Source: an uncultured delta proteobacterium
Lineage (GTDB): Bacteria; Myxococcota_A; Polyangia; Fen-1088
Assembly (NCBI GenBank): GCA_963796685.1
Contig: CAWCMR010000025.1
Span: 1,600,001-1,664,000, forward strand
Length of the DNA stretch: 64,000 bases
Reading direction: 5' to 3'
The notes under the pieces: generated by a model
Databases searched by the model: none
What the model was told of the DNA's origin: nothing
Seen by the model: only the letters and a program-made list of their open reading frames with translations
Shown: in pieces, positions 1 through 10,093 of the stretch
Numbering within the stretch: the first letter of the stretch is position 1
Layout: each line of letters starts with the position of its first letter
Program-made: the position numbers and the translations under genes

Positions 1-1571
1 GCCGCGCCTCGTGCCTCGGCATCGGCGAAGACCGGCAGCGCGGTCGGTGGCCCCAGCCCGGTGCGCACGCGCAGCTCGAGGGCAAGGCGCCTTTGCGAGC
101 GCACGGTCTCGTCGCTGGCGGCAAGGCGGGCCAGCAGGGCGGCCACCGACCAGGGCTGGCCGCGGAGCATGCGGAGATGGGCCTCGGGCCCGGGGAGCGG
201 ATTGCGATTGGGGCCCTGGATCAGGCGGCTGGCCTCTTCGAGCACGGACCCGGGCACTCAATCCGCGAACGCCGCCAGCGCGCGCACCGTGGTCGGGCAA
301 CCCAAGCTCGCGGCGGCGAGGAGCACGGTGCCGGTATCGGCGTCGGCGTCGCAACGACTGGCCAGGTCCACGAGCAAGGCCGCATCGGAGTCGTCGCCCG
401 CGATGGCCAGCGCGTCCACCAGCCGCTCGTCGAATTCCTCGCGCATGCGCACGCGCGCGCGCACCTCGGCCAGGGCGGAAACCGAACCGAGCGCGGCCGC
501 GGCGAAGAGCAGGGCGTTCGACCGGCGCCGCTTTTGTGCGCGGGCTGCGTGCAACGCCACCGTGTCGGCGTGTCGTGTTTCCCCGATGCGCGCCAGCGCC
601 AGCGCCGCTTCGACCGCCAGGTCGTCGTCGGCGTGCTCCACCAGGGGCAAGAGCTGCTCCGGCGCAAGTTGCCCGCGCTCCACCAGCAGCGGCAGCAGCA
701 CCGCGCGAACCGCATCACTCGTCGTCTTCTCGAACACGGTGCGCGCGCACGCGACGAAGTGCTGACCAACCAGCGTGCGCAAGATCGTCAAGGCCACGGG
801 CGCGAGCGGGGCCGCGTGCGCCGCGCGCTCGAGTACGGTCATCGAGCGCTCCTCTCCCCCGGGTGCCTGCAGATGAACCAGGGCGGCGCTGGCCACCAGG
901 CGCTCCTCGGGCTGCTTGGCCTCGCGGCTTGCCTTCACGAAGGCAGGGATGCGCTCGCGCCCCAGCCAATCGACGGCAAGCAGGTGGGCGCGCAAAACGT
1001 CCGCGTACCGATCGAGCTCATCGAGACGGTGCGCGGACCCGTGCAGCACCGCATGCAGGGTGGCGAAACAATCGTGGAGCCCGGCCAACTGCACGTGCAC
1101 GGCCCCGACATCGAGAGCCGGAACCGCTTGTGGCCGGCGCTGCCTTGCGATCCGGGCGTGCCGTGCGGGCGGTGGGGACGGCGCCGCTTGCGGCTGCGCA
1201 AGGCTGGAGGGCACCACGGTGTGGAAGACCGACGGTCCCTGCGAGGCTGCCGGCTGGCTCGCACCCTCGTCAGGAAGGGGCGGCAGCTCGGCCTCGAGCG
1301 GGGCGAGGATGGACAGCGCCTTGGCCGCGCTCTCGAGTTGCTCTTGATCGGCCGGGCGTGTTGATTCGTAGATGCATACCAGACAGCTGCGCAGATCCGC
1401 GAGGGCTTGGCGGATCTCCTCGGGAGTAGCTTGCCCCTCGGGCGCGGTCAGCGCCTTGTCCAAGGCCTGCACCGTCCGCCGCAGGGCCGACCCCACCGCG
1501 GGCGAGGTTCCGCGCCGTCGCAGAAGTGGGCTCAGCGTCTTGCTGGCGGAGCGAATCCGTTCCCTAGCCAT
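1..1571 (-). pseudogene. TIGR02270-like myxobacterial HEAT-repeat protein, interrupted by an in-frame TGA at 258-260 and running off the window start
   Basis: 437-aa Ala/Leu-rich helical ORF from ATG 1571. After the TGA the same frame stays open to position 1 and encodes RMLRGQPW...LALELRVRTG, resembling the TIGR02270 C-terminus. Confidence 0.6.
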
Positions 1572-1989
1572 GGCCTTGCTGTCGTGGTCTCTCTACTACA
1601 TTACCTCGGATCGAGGTTGGCCGACGACATTGCCGATATCGCCCAGGGACTCGTCAGGTAGCGGCCTTTGATGGGCCTGCGCTTACGACGGCATGGGCTC
1701 AAGGCCGGCGCGATGGCGCCGCGCAGTATCGCTGCTGGCAGTTTCGTGCCTATCTTACCGTCGGTTCCCCTCGGGCGGAGGTGCTGGGAGCGCACTCGCA
1801 CGGCGCCGTAGTGAGCAAGAGTTGCGCCCACTTAGCACGAGTTGGCTGTTGAATACCATTTACGAATGCGCACACTAGGGCTGGTGCCGCGCCAATCGCC
1901 GAAATGTGGCGGTATGCGTTGCTCCGATCCATACGACACCGGCATACGATACCGGATCGATTTGACATGGCCGCCACGGAGGACTCGCG

Positions 1990-4011
1990 ATGAAGTTTAG
2001 GAAAGCCTTGGACCTGTTTCCCGCATTCCTGCTGGGCTCCCTCTGCATGCTCCCGCTTTCGGGGTGCTCGCAATCGACGGGAACCACTGCGTCCAGCGGT
2101 GGCTCGACTGGCAAGGGCGGCACAGCGAGCTCGGGTGGCGTCACGTCCGCCGGCGGGTCGAGCGGCTCGGGTGGCACTACCAGCACGGGTGGCGCGACAG
2201 GGGCGGGCGGCACCACCAGCTCGGGTGGCGCGACGGGAGCAGGCGGCAGCAACGCAGGGGGGACCAAGGGCGGCGGCGGCGCGACCGGCCAGGGCGGTTC
2301 GACGAACGTGGATGCGGCGGCTGGCGGGACAACCAGCAATGGCGGTGCGACGAGCAATGGCGGTGCGACGGGAAATGGAGGCGCGACAGGCAAGGGCGGC
2401 GCGACAGGCAATGGCGGTGCGACAGGCAACGGCGGTGCGACAGGCAACGGCGGTGCGACAGGCAACGGCGGTGCGACGGGCGGCGGCGGTACGATGGCTG
2501 ATGGTGGCGGGACCTTGGACTGTGGGGCGGCTACTGCCGTGGTGACCTATCCCACCCTACCCGGTGCCGTACAAAGTCCGCTTTACACCGTGACAGCCAA
2601 CGGCACGTCACAATTCGTGGAGAAGCTGACCAAGTTCAGCCAAGAGATGCAGGTCCACTACGCCAACTTCTCGGTAGCGAGCGGATGTACTGCCAACGTC
2701 TCGGTGACGGTCGCACAGAGCTTCTCCTCTTATACGGTCAGTCCCAAGAGCAAGAACATTGCCGTGACCAAGAATGGCAACGCCATCACGTTCAGCAGCG
2801 GTCCCAACTTTCTGATACTCCAGTTCGATTCCAAGGAGCTGTTGTTCATCCTCATCGATGACCAAGAATCGAATCCGCCGAAACTGGGCGATGCCAATGT
2901 GAAAAACCTCGCAGACTATACCGTGGACAACACGGGCGGGACCCTCGTGACCTCGAAGATTCAATCTGCAATCAACGCCGCCTCCGGGGCAACGCAGAAT
3001 ATTCTCTATGTTCCACCAGGTAGGTACAAGACCGGCGAGCTCTCGCTGAAGAGCAACATGACCTTGTATCTTGCTGCCGGCTCTATCCTCGACGGCTCGA
3101 CGAACACGGCAGACTACGCCGCTGCCGGGCCCGCCGACGAAAACACTACCCACGGCGTGGTCCACCTGAACAACGTCACCAACACCAGTATCCTGGGCCG
3201 CGGGGTGATCGATGGCAACGGGTCGGTGATTCGTGGCACCAGCAATGACACTCCCAGTTTCAAGATCAATGCCCTGAGAATCGACCAGAGCACAAAGGTT
3301 ACAATCGATGGGATTCTCGTCCGGGACCCGGTGTTCTGGAACACGCTCACGTACATGAGCGATCAGGTCACGATTCAGAACTACAAGGTGATCAACCGCC
3401 GGCCCACCACCACGACGTACAACCAGACGGATGGCGTGGACTTCGACGCCTCCAGCAACTGTACGCTCTACAACGCGTTCGTTTATAGCGGGGACGACAG
3501 CCTGTCGCCCAAGACCGAGCAAGAGGCCAACCGGGATACGTCCAACATCACGTATCAAAAGGTGGTGCTCTACAGCAACTCGGGCGGATGCAAGGTCGGC
3601 ACGAAGACCTTCGGGAGCACGATGACCGGAATCTTGTTCCAAGATCTCGACATCGTGAAGGCTGGACGCGCCATGGTGATTGATGCCAACGACACGGCTT
3701 TGATTTCGGGGACCACATACAAAGACATCAGGATCGAGGCCGCCGACAGCAATCTGATCGATCTGGAAGAGGACAATGCACCCACCTGGCGTACCGCTCC
3801 CAACACATCGATTGCCAAGGACACGTATTTCACGAACATCACCGCGAGTGTCAACAAACTGATCAACATTCACGGCAAGTCATCGACCGTCAACATCAAT
3901 GGCGTTCACTTCAGCGGCTTCACTGTTCAAGGTAAGGCGATAACCAGTCAGACCGACTCCGACGCCACTTGGAGCATAAACTCGTACGTTTCCAACATTA
4001 CGTTCCAATGA
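1990..4011 (+). CDS. Lipoprotein glycoside hydrolase, pectin-lyase (parallel beta-helix) fold, GH28-like
   Basis: RBS GGAGG, lipobox LSGC, Gly/Thr linker, then IQSAIN...LYVPPGRY.TG.L.LKSN.TLYL, GRGVIDGNG, TDGVD and GDD motifs. Confidence 0.8.
   Translation: MKFRKALDLFPAFLLGSLCMLPLSGCSQSTGTTASSGGSTGKGGTASSGGVTSAGGSSGSGGTTSTGGATGAGGTTSSGGATGAGGSNAGGTKGGGGATGQGGSTNVDAAAGGTTSNGGATSNGGATGNGGATGKGGATGNGGATGNGGATGNGGATGNGGATGGGGTMADGGGTLDCGAATAVVTYPTLPGAVQSPLYTVTANGTSQFVEKLTKFSQEMQVHYANFSVASGCTANVSVTVAQSFSSYTVSPKSKNIAVTKNGNAITFSSGPNFLILQFDSKELLFILIDDQESNPPKLGDANVKNLADYTVDNTGGTLVTSKIQSAINAASGATQNILYVPPGRYKTGELSLKSNMTLYLAAGSILDGSTNTADYAAAGPADENTTHGVVHLNNVTNTSILGRGVIDGNGSVIRGTSNDTPSFKINALRIDQSTKVTIDGILVRDPVFWNTLTYMSDQVTIQNYKVINRRPTTTTYNQTDGVDFDASSNCTLYNAFVYSGDDSLSPKTEQEANRDTSNITYQKVVLYSNSGGCKVGTKTFGSTMTGILFQDLDIVKAGRAMVIDANDTALISGTTYKDIRIEAADSNLIDLEEDNAPTWRTAPNTSIAKDTYFTNITASVNKLINIHGKSSTVNINGVHFSGFTVQGKAITSQTDSDATWSINSYVSNITFQ
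2335..2490 (+). repeat. 18-nt tandem repeat encoding a (GGATGN)n linker
   Basis: Repeated ggcggtgcgacaggcaac units inside the GH gene. Confidence 0.85.
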
Positions 4012-4134
4012 GCAGGCGAAAGTCCGGGTGCGGTCCCGCCCGAGCGCAGGTCAGTCGAGCGGTCCGCAGGGCTTGTCTTGGGCGGATGGTCGTGGGCATG
4101 GAGAGCGGTGAACCTGGTCGCGAAGCGCTGGGAT

Positions 4135-4315
4135 TGCACAGAAGGCACGGGGGGCCGTAGGCCGCCAGATCTCTGTCCACCGTCAAGAGCGTCAGACCTT
4201 CGCTGTGGGCCTGGGCAAGGAGAATCCGATCGAATGGGTCCTTGTGCAGAGACACAGCCTGGCGATTTCGTCGCGCCCCATCTCGTCGAAGTCCTTCGGA
4301 ACAATCCCTGTCATC
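4135..4315 (-). pseudogene. Remnant of a type II TA module: antitoxin C-terminus joined to the C-terminal half of a VapC/PIN toxin
   Basis: IVPKDFDEMGRDEIARL in one frame abuts LHKDPFDRILLAQAHSEGLTLLTVDRDLAAYG (PIN C-terminal motif) in another. Confidence 0.7.
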
Positions 4316-4618
4316 TCGCGCTGGATCGCGGGGCAACGTCGACTGACCGATGTGTACGGTCGGCTCTCGCCACGCACGGCAAGGTGACTGCGCCCACGGT
4401 GCAAGGAAAGATCTCCTTGCGTATGATTGCTTCCGGGATTAGGCAGTGTGACGCAGCTCCAAGGTGGCCTGGAACCAGCGGCCCCTGCCCGGTGTCGTGG
4501 CCTGAATCAGGCCGGGTAAATTCTAGGTAAACCTTCGCCGCCTTGGCCACGACCGAAGACGCCGACCGGCGACATCAAGGGAAAACCGTAGGGACCAAAC
4601 GGCATCAAAAGAACGAAG

Positions 4619-6124
4619 ATGAGCGGAGAGCTGCAACGCCAAACCGACCTCGAGACGATCTTGCGTCCCAACCAGATCGTGGCGGGGAGGTATCGCGTCG
4701 AGCGGCTCATGGCCGAGGGCGGAATGGCAGCGGTGTGGGCGGGGGTCAACCAGCGCACCGGAAAGCGCGTCGCGCTCAAGATCATCCTTCGCTCGATGGC
4801 CGCGATTGGCGAGGCCGCCGAGCTGTTCCGCCAAGAGGCGTTGGCGGCGAGCAGGGTCAATCACCCCAACGTGGTCAGCATCTTCGACGTGATCGATCAC
4901 GAGGGCATGACGTGCATCGTGATGGAGCTCCTGGAGGGCGAAACGCTCGCCACCTACCTGGCAAGGAAAGGCCCCCTCGGCCTGGACGAGTCGGCGACTT
5001 TGCTGGTACCGGCCATGCGCGGTGTCGCCGCTGCCAACGCCATGGGCGTGGTCCACCGCGATCTGAAGCCGGGCAACATCTTTCTTTGCAGCGACAGCGA
5101 GGGTCGCTTGCTTGCGTGCAAGGTTCTCGACTTTGGCATTTCGACCATGATGGGGCAGGTGGGCGAGCATGCCTCCGCGACCGGCCTGCTCTCCATGCTC
5201 GGCACGCCGGCCTACATGTCCCCCGAAGCCATCGAGTGCTCCCCCACCATCGACAAGCGCGCGGACGTGTACGGATTCGGCGTCGTCTTTTTCGAAATGC
5301 TGACCGGCCAAGTGCCGTTTCCCGGGGAGCCAGGAACCGCGTTGCTCGCGCGCATCGTGGACGATCCCCCGCCCAAGGTGACCGAGTACCGTCCCGACCT
5401 GCCCGTCGAGGTGGCGAACATCATCGATCGCGCGCTGGCCAAGAGGCCCGAAGACCGCTTCCCCGACTTGGAGCACTTCATCCGCACCATCGAAGACCAT
5501 GTGCTGCCGCCGGTGCAAGGGCTGCGCGTGCCGACACCGAGCGCGGGTACGGCCTCCCGCGGCGAGACCATGATGCTCTACTCGATGACGGACGAATCCT
5601 TGCGCAGGACCGAGCGGGCCACGGTCCTGGTCCCGGGTGGAAGACGGACGCACATCATCCATTTGGCGTGGACAATGTGGACGCGACTCTCCGACGGGTG
5701 GCGCTCTGTCCGGCGGCGAGCCACGATCGGCGGCGCGGTGGCACTCTTGGGCGGCTGGGGACGGTTCCTCCAGCGGCGGGCCGCGATCGGTGCCGCCGTG
5801 GCGCTCTTGCTGATTTTGATGGCGTGGCTTGCGTTTCCCCATTCCCGGCTCGCGCGCGAGGGGCATTCGGCGAATCTCTACCCCCTTGTCGTCCCGATGC
5901 GCGGGCCACAGGTGACAGAGCTGCCAAGTCCGCCCAGCTTGGCTCCTGTCCCGACACGGATCGAGGCCCCGCGTCCGATCACCGCGAGCCCTGCCGCCGG
6001 CGCTGCCGCGCCACTTTCCAGTAAGCGCCTTGCACCAACGGTGACCAAGCCACGTAGGCGCCGTGTGGTTACGGTCCACGCCCTGCCTCTGCGCGCGGGA
6101 AGGCTGTTTCCGTCCGATTTCTAA
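4619..6124 (+). CDS. Hanks-type Ser/Thr protein kinase with a C-terminal TM segment
   Basis: EGGMAAVW, VALK, HRDLKPGN, DFG, GTPAYMSPE and DVYGFG motifs. Confidence 0.95.
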   Translation: MSGELQRQTDLETILRPNQIVAGRYRVERLMAEGGMAAVWAGVNQRTGKRVALKIILRSMAAIGEAAELFRQEALAASRVNHPNVVSIFDVIDHEGMTCIVMELLEGETLATYLARKGPLGLDESATLLVPAMRGVAAANAMGVVHRDLKPGNIFLCSDSEGRLLACKVLDFGISTMMGQVGEHASATGLLSMLGTPAYMSPEAIECSPTIDKRADVYGFGVVFFEMLTGQVPFPGEPGTALLARIVDDPPPKVTEYRPDLPVEVANIIDRALAKRPEDRFPDLEHFIRTIEDHVLPPVQGLRVPTPSAGTASRGETMMLYSMTDESLRRTERATVLVPGGRRTHIIHLAWTMWTRLSDGWRSVRRRATIGGAVALLGGWGRFLQRRAAIGAAVALLLILMAWLAFPHSRLAREGHSANLYPLVVPMRGPQVTELPSPPSLAPVPTRIEAPRPITASPAAGAAAPLSSKRLAPTVTKPRRRRVVTVHALPLRAGRLFPSDF

Positions 6125-6161
6125 AGCGTCGTGGCGTGTGGCCGGGGCAGCCGCGCAGGGG

Positions 6162-7091
6162 TCATGGTGGAGCGAGCGGAGGCCCACCGAGACCGTCGGC
6201 CTCGGAGTTGGCGGCGAGCGCGAGTTGCAAGTCGCTTCGCAAATCGCCGAGCAGGCGGTCGTCCAGGATGGCTCGTCCCGCGCGCGTGGCCTCGTCGAGG
6301 GTGTGTCCCAGGCCGAGCAGCGCCCGCAGAATCTCCTGCAGGGCCTTCGTGCTGCGCTCGGTTTCGCCCGGCCAGCCCTCGGCCAGGCCGCGGCGGCGCT
6401 CGTGCTCCAGTCGCCGAGCATGCTCACCCAAGGATCGAATCGCCGGCAACAATTGCTGGTGTACCGGATCGCCACGGCGCAAGCGACGGCTGAGCTTGGC
6501 CGCCAGTCGGGAGATCTGTTCGGCGAGGGCGGGTGTTCGCCGTCGGCGCCTGCGCAACCAAAACCACCCGACGAGCGCGACCAGTGGCCCGGTCGCGGCC
6601 AGGTCGTATTGCCAGGGTGCACGGAGCGGCCTGGCGAGGGCCGCACCCAGGCTGCCGGAACCTGGACATTCCACCGTCACATCCCCCGAGAGCGATCGTG
6701 TGAAGTCGGCGACCGAGAGCAGGCGCGCTTGCGCCAATTCGAGCGTGCGCGGAACCAGGCAGGGCGAGGCGACCTCCGCCGCTTGACAGGCCGCTCCCGC
6801 CGCTCCGGTTGCGATCAAGCGGTATCGATGTTGCTCGGGATCGCGCCACACCACGCGCAGGCCGCCCGCCTCGGCGTCGACAAGGCCGCCGGGTACAGCT
6901 CGGTTGTCCAAGGTGGAGGTCATGGCGTCCAGCACGGTGCCGTCGTGGTGGGAATGAACCACGCCCTGGATCGCGATTTCGCCGTCTGCATCGAGGGCAA
7001 CGGGGCGTACCGCGAAGAGATCGAGCGTGTCGGACCACGCCGTCGCCGGAACCCCAGACACCAGCGCCAGAAGTATGAAGCGAGCAAGCAT
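6162..7091 (-). CDS. Hypothetical membrane protein (signal peptide, central TM)
   Basis: 309-aa ORF starting 12 nt downstream of the VWA gene; hydrophobic N-terminus and LVALVGWFWLRRRRR segment. Confidence 0.65.
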   Translation of the reverse strand: MLARFILLALVSGVPATAWSDTLDLFAVRPVALDADGEIAIQGVVHSHHDGTVLDAMTSTLDNRAVPGGLVDAEAGGLRVVWRDPEQHRYRLIATGAAGAACQAAEVASPCLVPRTLELAQARLLSVADFTRSLSGDVTVECPGSGSLGAALARPLRAPWQYDLAATGPLVALVGWFWLRRRRRRTPALAEQISRLAAKLSRRLRRGDPVHQQLLPAIRSLGEHARRLEHERRRGLAEGWPGETERSTKALQEILRALLGLGHTLDEATRAGRAILDDRLLGDLRSDLQLALAANSEADGLGGPPLAPP

Positions 7092-7103
7092 GGCACCCCC
7101 TAG

Positions 7104-9233
7104 CTAGTGCAACAGCCCCAGGCCCGAGGTGGTGAGGATCTGCGCCACCAGCAACGGATCCTGGATGCCCTTTCGTTCCGAGATCAGCGTGGCCAAATCG
7201 TCGAGGCGGTGGGCATCCCTGGCCAAGCGTGGCTCGCCGAGCGCAGCCGCCGCGGCTCGCATCAGCTTCGCGCGCTCGGCCAGCAAGGCGCGTCCTCGGG
7301 TTTCTTCCATCGTGCCCATCCATTGCGCGGCCGCCAGCAGGGTCTCGCCCGCGGCAAAGCCTTGCACCGTCGCTGCCACCGAGGGATCGATGGTACGGGC
7401 ACTGGCCAGCTCCGAGTCGGCATAGCGAGCCCGCACGGCGACGGTCTGGCTGGCGTTTTCGAAGGTCAGACGATCCTTGTAGTGCAGCTCGACGCTGGCG
7501 ACATCGCGACTGCCCATCCCGCCCGGCAAATCGAGGCCCAGCAGGATCACGTGCCGGTCGTTGCGCGCGAAGCCGGGGATGAAGAAGCGCATGCCGCCCT
7601 CCACGTCGCGCACGCGATCGCGGCGGATTTCGTCACGCGCCGCCACCTGCGCGTCCACGGCGCGCTCCTGCTCGCGCACCAGGGCGCTTTCCGTGCGATC
7701 GAGCTTGCGCGACCCATGGATGTCGACCAGGCGCACGTCGGGTCTGAGACGCACGCGCACTTCCACGGCCTGCGCCACCGGCTGTAGCCGGCTTTTCAGC
7801 TCGGTGGCCAGGGCCTCGGCAATGGCATCGGTGTGCGGTAGGTAGTAGTAACCTCCGGCCCCGCGATCGGCGATGGTGGACATGAGCAGGCCGTCATGGT
7901 TCTCCCCGACTCCGAAGGCGCTGGTCTGAATGCCCGCTTGAAAGGCCTCGGCGGCGTGCGCGGCCAAGGTGGTCTGGTCGACGATTCCCTGATTGGGTTG
8001 GCCGTCCGACAGGAGCATGACCAGGCTCACCCATTCGGCGCCCAGGGCCTGGCTCTTGGCTTGGCGGTAGCCGAGCGCCAGCCCGTCGCCCAGGTTGGTC
8101 GAGCCGCCGGCCACGATGCGACGCAGGGACTCGGCGATCTCTCCTTGGCGCGGCCCCACGACTCCGTCGGGAATCACGACGGCGGCGAAGGTCGAGAAGG
8201 TGGTGAGCGAAAAGCGGTCCTGAGGATGCAGCCGTGCCAAGAGCTGCGCCACCGCGGCGCGCGCGTGCTCGAGCGGCTGCCCCGCCATGGAGCCGCTGAC
8301 GTCCAGAACCACGTGCACCGAGAGCGGCGGGCGCGGCCCGGGCGCGCGGTCCGACGAGCGCAGGGTGATGCGCAGCTGCTGTGGGCCGCCGGCGGGCGGC
8401 AGCGCGGCTCGCTCCAGATCGGCGCGCAGAGCGAGCGCGTGCTCGCGCGGCGCCGGCATATCCGGTGCGTAGTGCGAACCGAAATCGCCCACCAACTCCC
8501 GCACCGAAGGCGGAATGTCGTTGCGGGACAGGGCCGAGTCGAACCTGGCCAAGTGCCCGCGCCCCGGTCGATACGTCGTGGCGAAGCGGCCGTTGGGATC
8601 GATGGTGGACAACGAAGCAGGACGCTCCAGCGACGGTGCGAGCGCATAGCGAGATGTCCGCATCCCCATCTTCCCCTCCGCGCCGCGGTGGACGGTGGCG
8701 AAGTTTCCCAAACCGATGGTGCCTGCAAGCGTGCCACCACCACCGGAGCCCGTGCCCACGATTCCCGAGCCGCGGACGCCGTAGGCTGCGCCGACCTCGA
8801 TGCCAGCAAGCCCGCCGAGGAGGTTCACGGCGTCTCGGCCCGCGGCGGCGTCCCGCCCGAGAATTCTGCCGAGGTGGGCATCGTGCGCGCTCGCCAGAGC
8901 TCCGAAAATGCCGGACCGCCCGGCCGGGTATGGCGTCGCGCGCCTGGCTTCGCGGGCGGGAGCGTCGCGCAGGCCGTAAATACCCGTTCGACGTTGCTGG
9001 GGCTCGGCGACTCCCGCGAATGGCTGGTAGCGTGTCCGAATGAGCTCGACGATTTCGGGCGCGATGCTTCGGTGGCTGCCTGGCGGTAGCAAGGCCAGGG
9101 TGGTGCCCATGGCCACGAACACGCTACACACGACCAAGTAGATGCCGTGCTCCCGCCAGCGCCACTTGAAGTGCGGCTGCAGATCGACGGCCAGAAGCTC
9201 GTCGGACAACTCTCGAGGACTTGCCTTGGACAT
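7104..9233 (-). CDS. VWA domain protein (YfbK-like) with N-terminal TM and Gly-rich segment
   Basis: MIDAS motif LDVSGSM, GSTN, LLSDGQPN; start chosen at ATG 9233 after RBS AAGGAG. Confidence 0.85.
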   Translation of the reverse strand: MSKASPRELSDELLAVDLQPHFKWRWREHGIYLVVCSVFVAMGTTLALLPPGSHRSIAPEIVELIRTRYQPFAGVAEPQQRRTGIYGLRDAPAREARRATPYPAGRSGIFGALASAHDAHLGRILGRDAAAGRDAVNLLGGLAGIEVGAAYGVRGSGIVGTGSGGGGTLAGTIGLGNFATVHRGAEGKMGMRTSRYALAPSLERPASLSTIDPNGRFATTYRPGRGHLARFDSALSRNDIPPSVRELVGDFGSHYAPDMPAPREHALALRADLERAALPPAGGPQQLRITLRSSDRAPGPRPPLSVHVVLDVSGSMAGQPLEHARAAVAQLLARLHPQDRFSLTTFSTFAAVVIPDGVVGPRQGEIAESLRRIVAGGSTNLGDGLALGYRQAKSQALGAEWVSLVMLLSDGQPNQGIVDQTTLAAHAAEAFQAGIQTSAFGVGENHDGLLMSTIADRGAGGYYYLPHTDAIAEALATELKSRLQPVAQAVEVRVRLRPDVRLVDIHGSRKLDRTESALVREQERAVDAQVAARDEIRRDRVRDVEGGMRFFIPGFARNDRHVILLGLDLPGGMGSRDVASVELHYKDRLTFENASQTVAVRARYADSELASARTIDPSVAATVQGFAAGETLLAAAQWMGTMEETRGRALLAERAKLMRAAAAALGEPRLARDAHRLDDLATLISERKGIQDPLLVAQILTTSGLGLLH

Positions 9234-9360
9234 GGGCGTTCTCCTTCCCTCAGCGCGTGCAAGGGCGACTGCGCGGTCCGCGGCGCGTGGAGAGCGCCAT
9301 GCGGTGACCTTGCCCAAGAGACAACCGCAACGGCCGGGAAGTTCCCGGGATCCGCGGCGC

Positions 9361-9435
9361 GACACGCACGCACCCATCGGAGCGATGACGGGACCACGGC
9401 TACGACCTTCTGCGGCTATCGCGGGATTAGGGTGA
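9361..9435. repeat. Family B palindromic/MITE-like element, right-end fragment
   Basis: acgcacgcaccc-atcggagcgatgacggg shared with 22603-22632; the end TCGCGGGATTAGGGT is the reverse complement of 15927-15941. Confidence 0.7.
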
Positions 9436-9517
9436 CATCGGGCCGGATGTAAGACGGGCGTTCGTCATGGTTTCATGGGAGCTTTTGCCGTCTGACCATT
9501 TATCCAAGGAGACGAAC

Positions 9518-9931
9518 ATGAAGCGCAATGCGAGTGCCATTTGGACCGGTGACTTGAAACAGGGACAGGGGAAGTTCAGCGTGGGCAGCGGTGCCTTCAA
9601 GGACAAAGGCTTCACGTTCCGCACGCGATTCGAATCCGAACCGGGCACGAATCCGGAAGAGCTCATCGCCGCGGCCCATGCCGGGTGCTTCAGCATGGCC
9701 CTGAGCGCCCAGCTCGGGGAGCGCGGCATCACGCCCGAATCCGTGGCAACCACGTGTGCCATCACCTTCGAGAACCTGACCCTGACCAAGAGCGCGCTCG
9801 CCACCACGGTGAAGGCCCCCGGCGCGGACAAGGCGAAGATCGAAGAGGCCGCCGCCGCCGCCAAGGCCGGTTGCCCCATTTCCAAGGTGCTGAAGCTGGA
9901 GATCACGCTGGATCTGACGGTTTCCACCTAG
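9518..9931 (+). CDS. osmC: OsmC family peroxiredoxin
   Basis: GTNPEELIAAAHAGCFSMAL and AKAGCPIS motifs; RBS AAGGAG. Confidence 0.95.
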   Translation: MKRNASAIWTGDLKQGQGKFSVGSGAFKDKGFTFRTRFESEPGTNPEELIAAAHAGCFSMALSAQLGERGITPESVATTCAITFENLTLTKSALATTVKAPGADKAKIEEAAAAAKAGCPISKVLKLEITLDLTVST

Positions 9932-10093
9932 GCACCGCTGCCGAAATTGCTCGGGGTTCAAACCGTTCGGTGCTCCAACCGCGGGCTCCGACGTGCGGCC
10001 GTGGCGGGCAGCGGCACGTTTCCGGGACCGGATGAGCCGTTCGGCGGCGTCGGCCCACCTAATAGAGATGGCCATGCATCCAAGGAGCCGCCG

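Noticed and set aside
258-260. Selenocysteine recoding of the in-frame TGA
   Set aside because: No redox motif context, the family is not a known selenoprotein, and I cannot identify a convincing SECIS.
9361-9435. Riboswitch upstream of the VWA gene or osmC
   Set aside because: No aptamer consensus I recognise; the sequence is explained as a repeat family B fragment.
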